Shown in pieces: positions 45,159 through 46,122 of a stretch of 46,122 nt of DNA. Within the stretch, counting starts at the first letter, position 1. The number at the start of each line of letters is the position of its first letter. The stretch covers positions 1-46,122 of the forward strand of contig CAYJTF010000003.1 of NCBI GenBank assembly GCA_964373165.1, written 5' to 3'. The notes beneath the pieces are model-generated. The model ran no database searches and was not told where the DNA came from. It saw only the letters and a program-made list of their open reading frames with translations. The position numbers and the translations under genes are program-made. This DNA is from an uncultured archaeon. Lineage in GTDB: Archaea; Aenigmatarchaeota; Aenigmatarchaeia; CG10238-14.

Positions 45159-46122
45159 ATGACTGAAATTATATTTGCTGTAAAAATTATTCTTTCTCTT
45201 GTTCTTGGGGCTTTGGTTGGTTTGGAAAGAGAGCTTTCAATTAAAATGCACAACAAAAAAAACTTTGCTGGTCTAAGAACGTTCATGCTCATAACAGTTC
45301 TAGGAACTTTCACTGCATATATATCAGATACTTTTAGCCCCGCTTTCTTGCCAGTCATGCTTGTAGGAATCGTACTTCTGACCATCGCAGGATATATAGT
45401 GACTTCTTATTTCAATAAAGATTTTGGTATGACTACTGAAGTAAGTGTTTTGCTATCATTTTTAATGGGAGTTTTGGTTTATTTTGGACCAGAGAACATA
45501 GCGATTGCATTCACAATTTCTATGGCGGTGTTTTTATCTTTGAGGGATAAACTGCATTCTTTTGTTGGTAATATACAACACGAAGAGCTTTTAGACACAT
45601 TGAAATTTGCCATAATAGCGTTTGTCATATTGCCTTTCCTTCCAAGAACCTCTTATGATAAGTTCGATGTTTTGAATCCTTATAATATATGGCTTATGGT
45701 TGTTTTTGTATCAGGTATAGGCTTTTTTGGATACGTTTTAACCAGAATTTTTGGGACCAAGAAGGGAGTAGGCATGGCAGGCTTGCTTGGCGGATTGGTT
45801 TCAAGTACAGCCGTGACCACGACAATGTCTAATTTGTCTAAAAAAGAGAAAAACACGAATCCGTTTGTATTTGCCACTATTCTTGCATCATCGGTCATGT
45901 TCATAAGAGTTTTTATAGAAGTTTACTTCGTAAACAGAGAATTCTCCGGCTTTTTATTCATACCTTTGTCTCTGATGGCTCTTACTGGGATTATAGGATC
46001 TCTGATAATATGGCACAAAAAATCAAACATAAATGCTGAGGTAGAGCTTAAGAGCCCATTTACACTGCTGCCTGCACTCAAGTTTGGTTTGTTTTATGTA
46101 CTGATATTGTTTTTATCTAAAA
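45159..46122 (+). CDS. MgtC/SapB-family plus DUF4010-like integral membrane protein (3' end truncated by the window edge)
   Basis: The frame is open from the ATG at 45159 to the end of the window and is absent from the ORF track because it has no stop. 'LVLGALVGLERE...FAGLRTFMLITVLG' is MgtC-like, followed by many TM helices. Confidence 0.6.
   Translation, partial: MTEIIFAVKIILSLVLGALVGLERELSIKMHNKKNFAGLRTFMLITVLGTFTAYISDTFSPAFLPVMLVGIVLLTIAGYIVTSYFNKDFGMTTEVSVLLSFLMGVLVYFGPENIAIAFTISMAVFLSLRDKLHSFVGNIQHEELLDTLKFAIIAFVILPFLPRTSYDKFDVLNPYNIWLMVVFVSGIGFFGYVLTRIFGTKKGVGMAGLLGGLVSSTAVTTTMSNLSKKEKNTNPFVFATILASSVMFIRVFIEVYFVNREFSGFLFIPLSLMALTGIIGSLIIWHKKSNINAEVELKSPFTLLPALKFGLFYVLILFLSK

Noticed and set aside
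45068-45904. Minus-strand ORFs 45068-45385 and 45680-45904.
   Set aside because: The plus strand carries an uninterrupted frame from 45159 to the window end with MgtC/DUF4010-like motifs. The minus-strand ORFs are shadows.
1-46122. CRISPR arrays, rRNA genes, SRP RNA / RNase P RNA.
   Set aside because: No regularly spaced direct repeats were seen. No long GC-rich structured segments of the expected size are visible in this AT-rich background.

Overview
By eye the window is very AT-rich, gene-dense archaeal DNA. Archaeal markers include thermosome, aCPSF1, Orc1/Cdc6, class I LysRS, Pus10/TrmY, L21e, Rpo4, aEF-1beta, prefoldin, proteasome beta and Mre11/Rad50. Compact spacers, intron-bearing tRNAs, a tRNA-Ile(UAU) and a lamin-tail-domain surface protein suggest a small-genome DPANN/Nanoarchaeota-like lineage; this is inference, not a database result. 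About 55 protein genes can be supported, plus six tRNA genes, all on the minus strand and three with introns. I saw no rRNA and no CRISPR array. Main blocks are as follows. (i) 1-5.2 kb: regulators, an LTD surface protein, a methyltransferase, RNase Z and a deaminase. (ii) 5.3-6.8 kb: tRNA-Arg plus a solo IS605-type tnpB. (iii) 6.9-13.8 kb: a translation and protein-targeting array (Zn-ribbon, aEF-1beta, DUF655, rpo4, L21e, pus10, trmY, srp54, ftsY, pfdA). (iv) 14-20 kb: orc1, tRNA-iMet, lysK with tRNA-Lys, an MFS transporter, rhomboid and tRNA-Ile. (v) 21.9-23.6 kb: thermosome. (vi) 23.7-30.7 kb: an Epd/Tad-like type IV pilus operon. (vii) 31.2-34.4 kb: aCPSF1 interrupted by a 433-aa LAGLIDADG intein. 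(viii) 34.4-39.2 kb: proteasome beta, a decayed region, then a proline-themed array (proS, ornithine cyclodeaminase-like, tRNA-binding protein, tRNA-Pro). (ix) 39.4-45.1 kb: MBL hydrolase, P-loop ATPase, cdd, mre11, nudix and rad50. (x) A partial MgtC/DUF4010 gene runs off the 3' end. The items most worth follow-up are the intein inside the aCPSF1 active-site motif, the pilus operon (split platform, cysteine-rich platform insert, no prepilin peptidase, adjacent HExxH membrane protein), the solo TnpB with possible omega-RNA region, tRNAs acting as 5' leaders of protein operons (including cognate tRNA/aaRS pairs), and the mre11-nudix-rad50 arrangement. All family assignments come from motif recognition on the translated ORFs. 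No searches were run.
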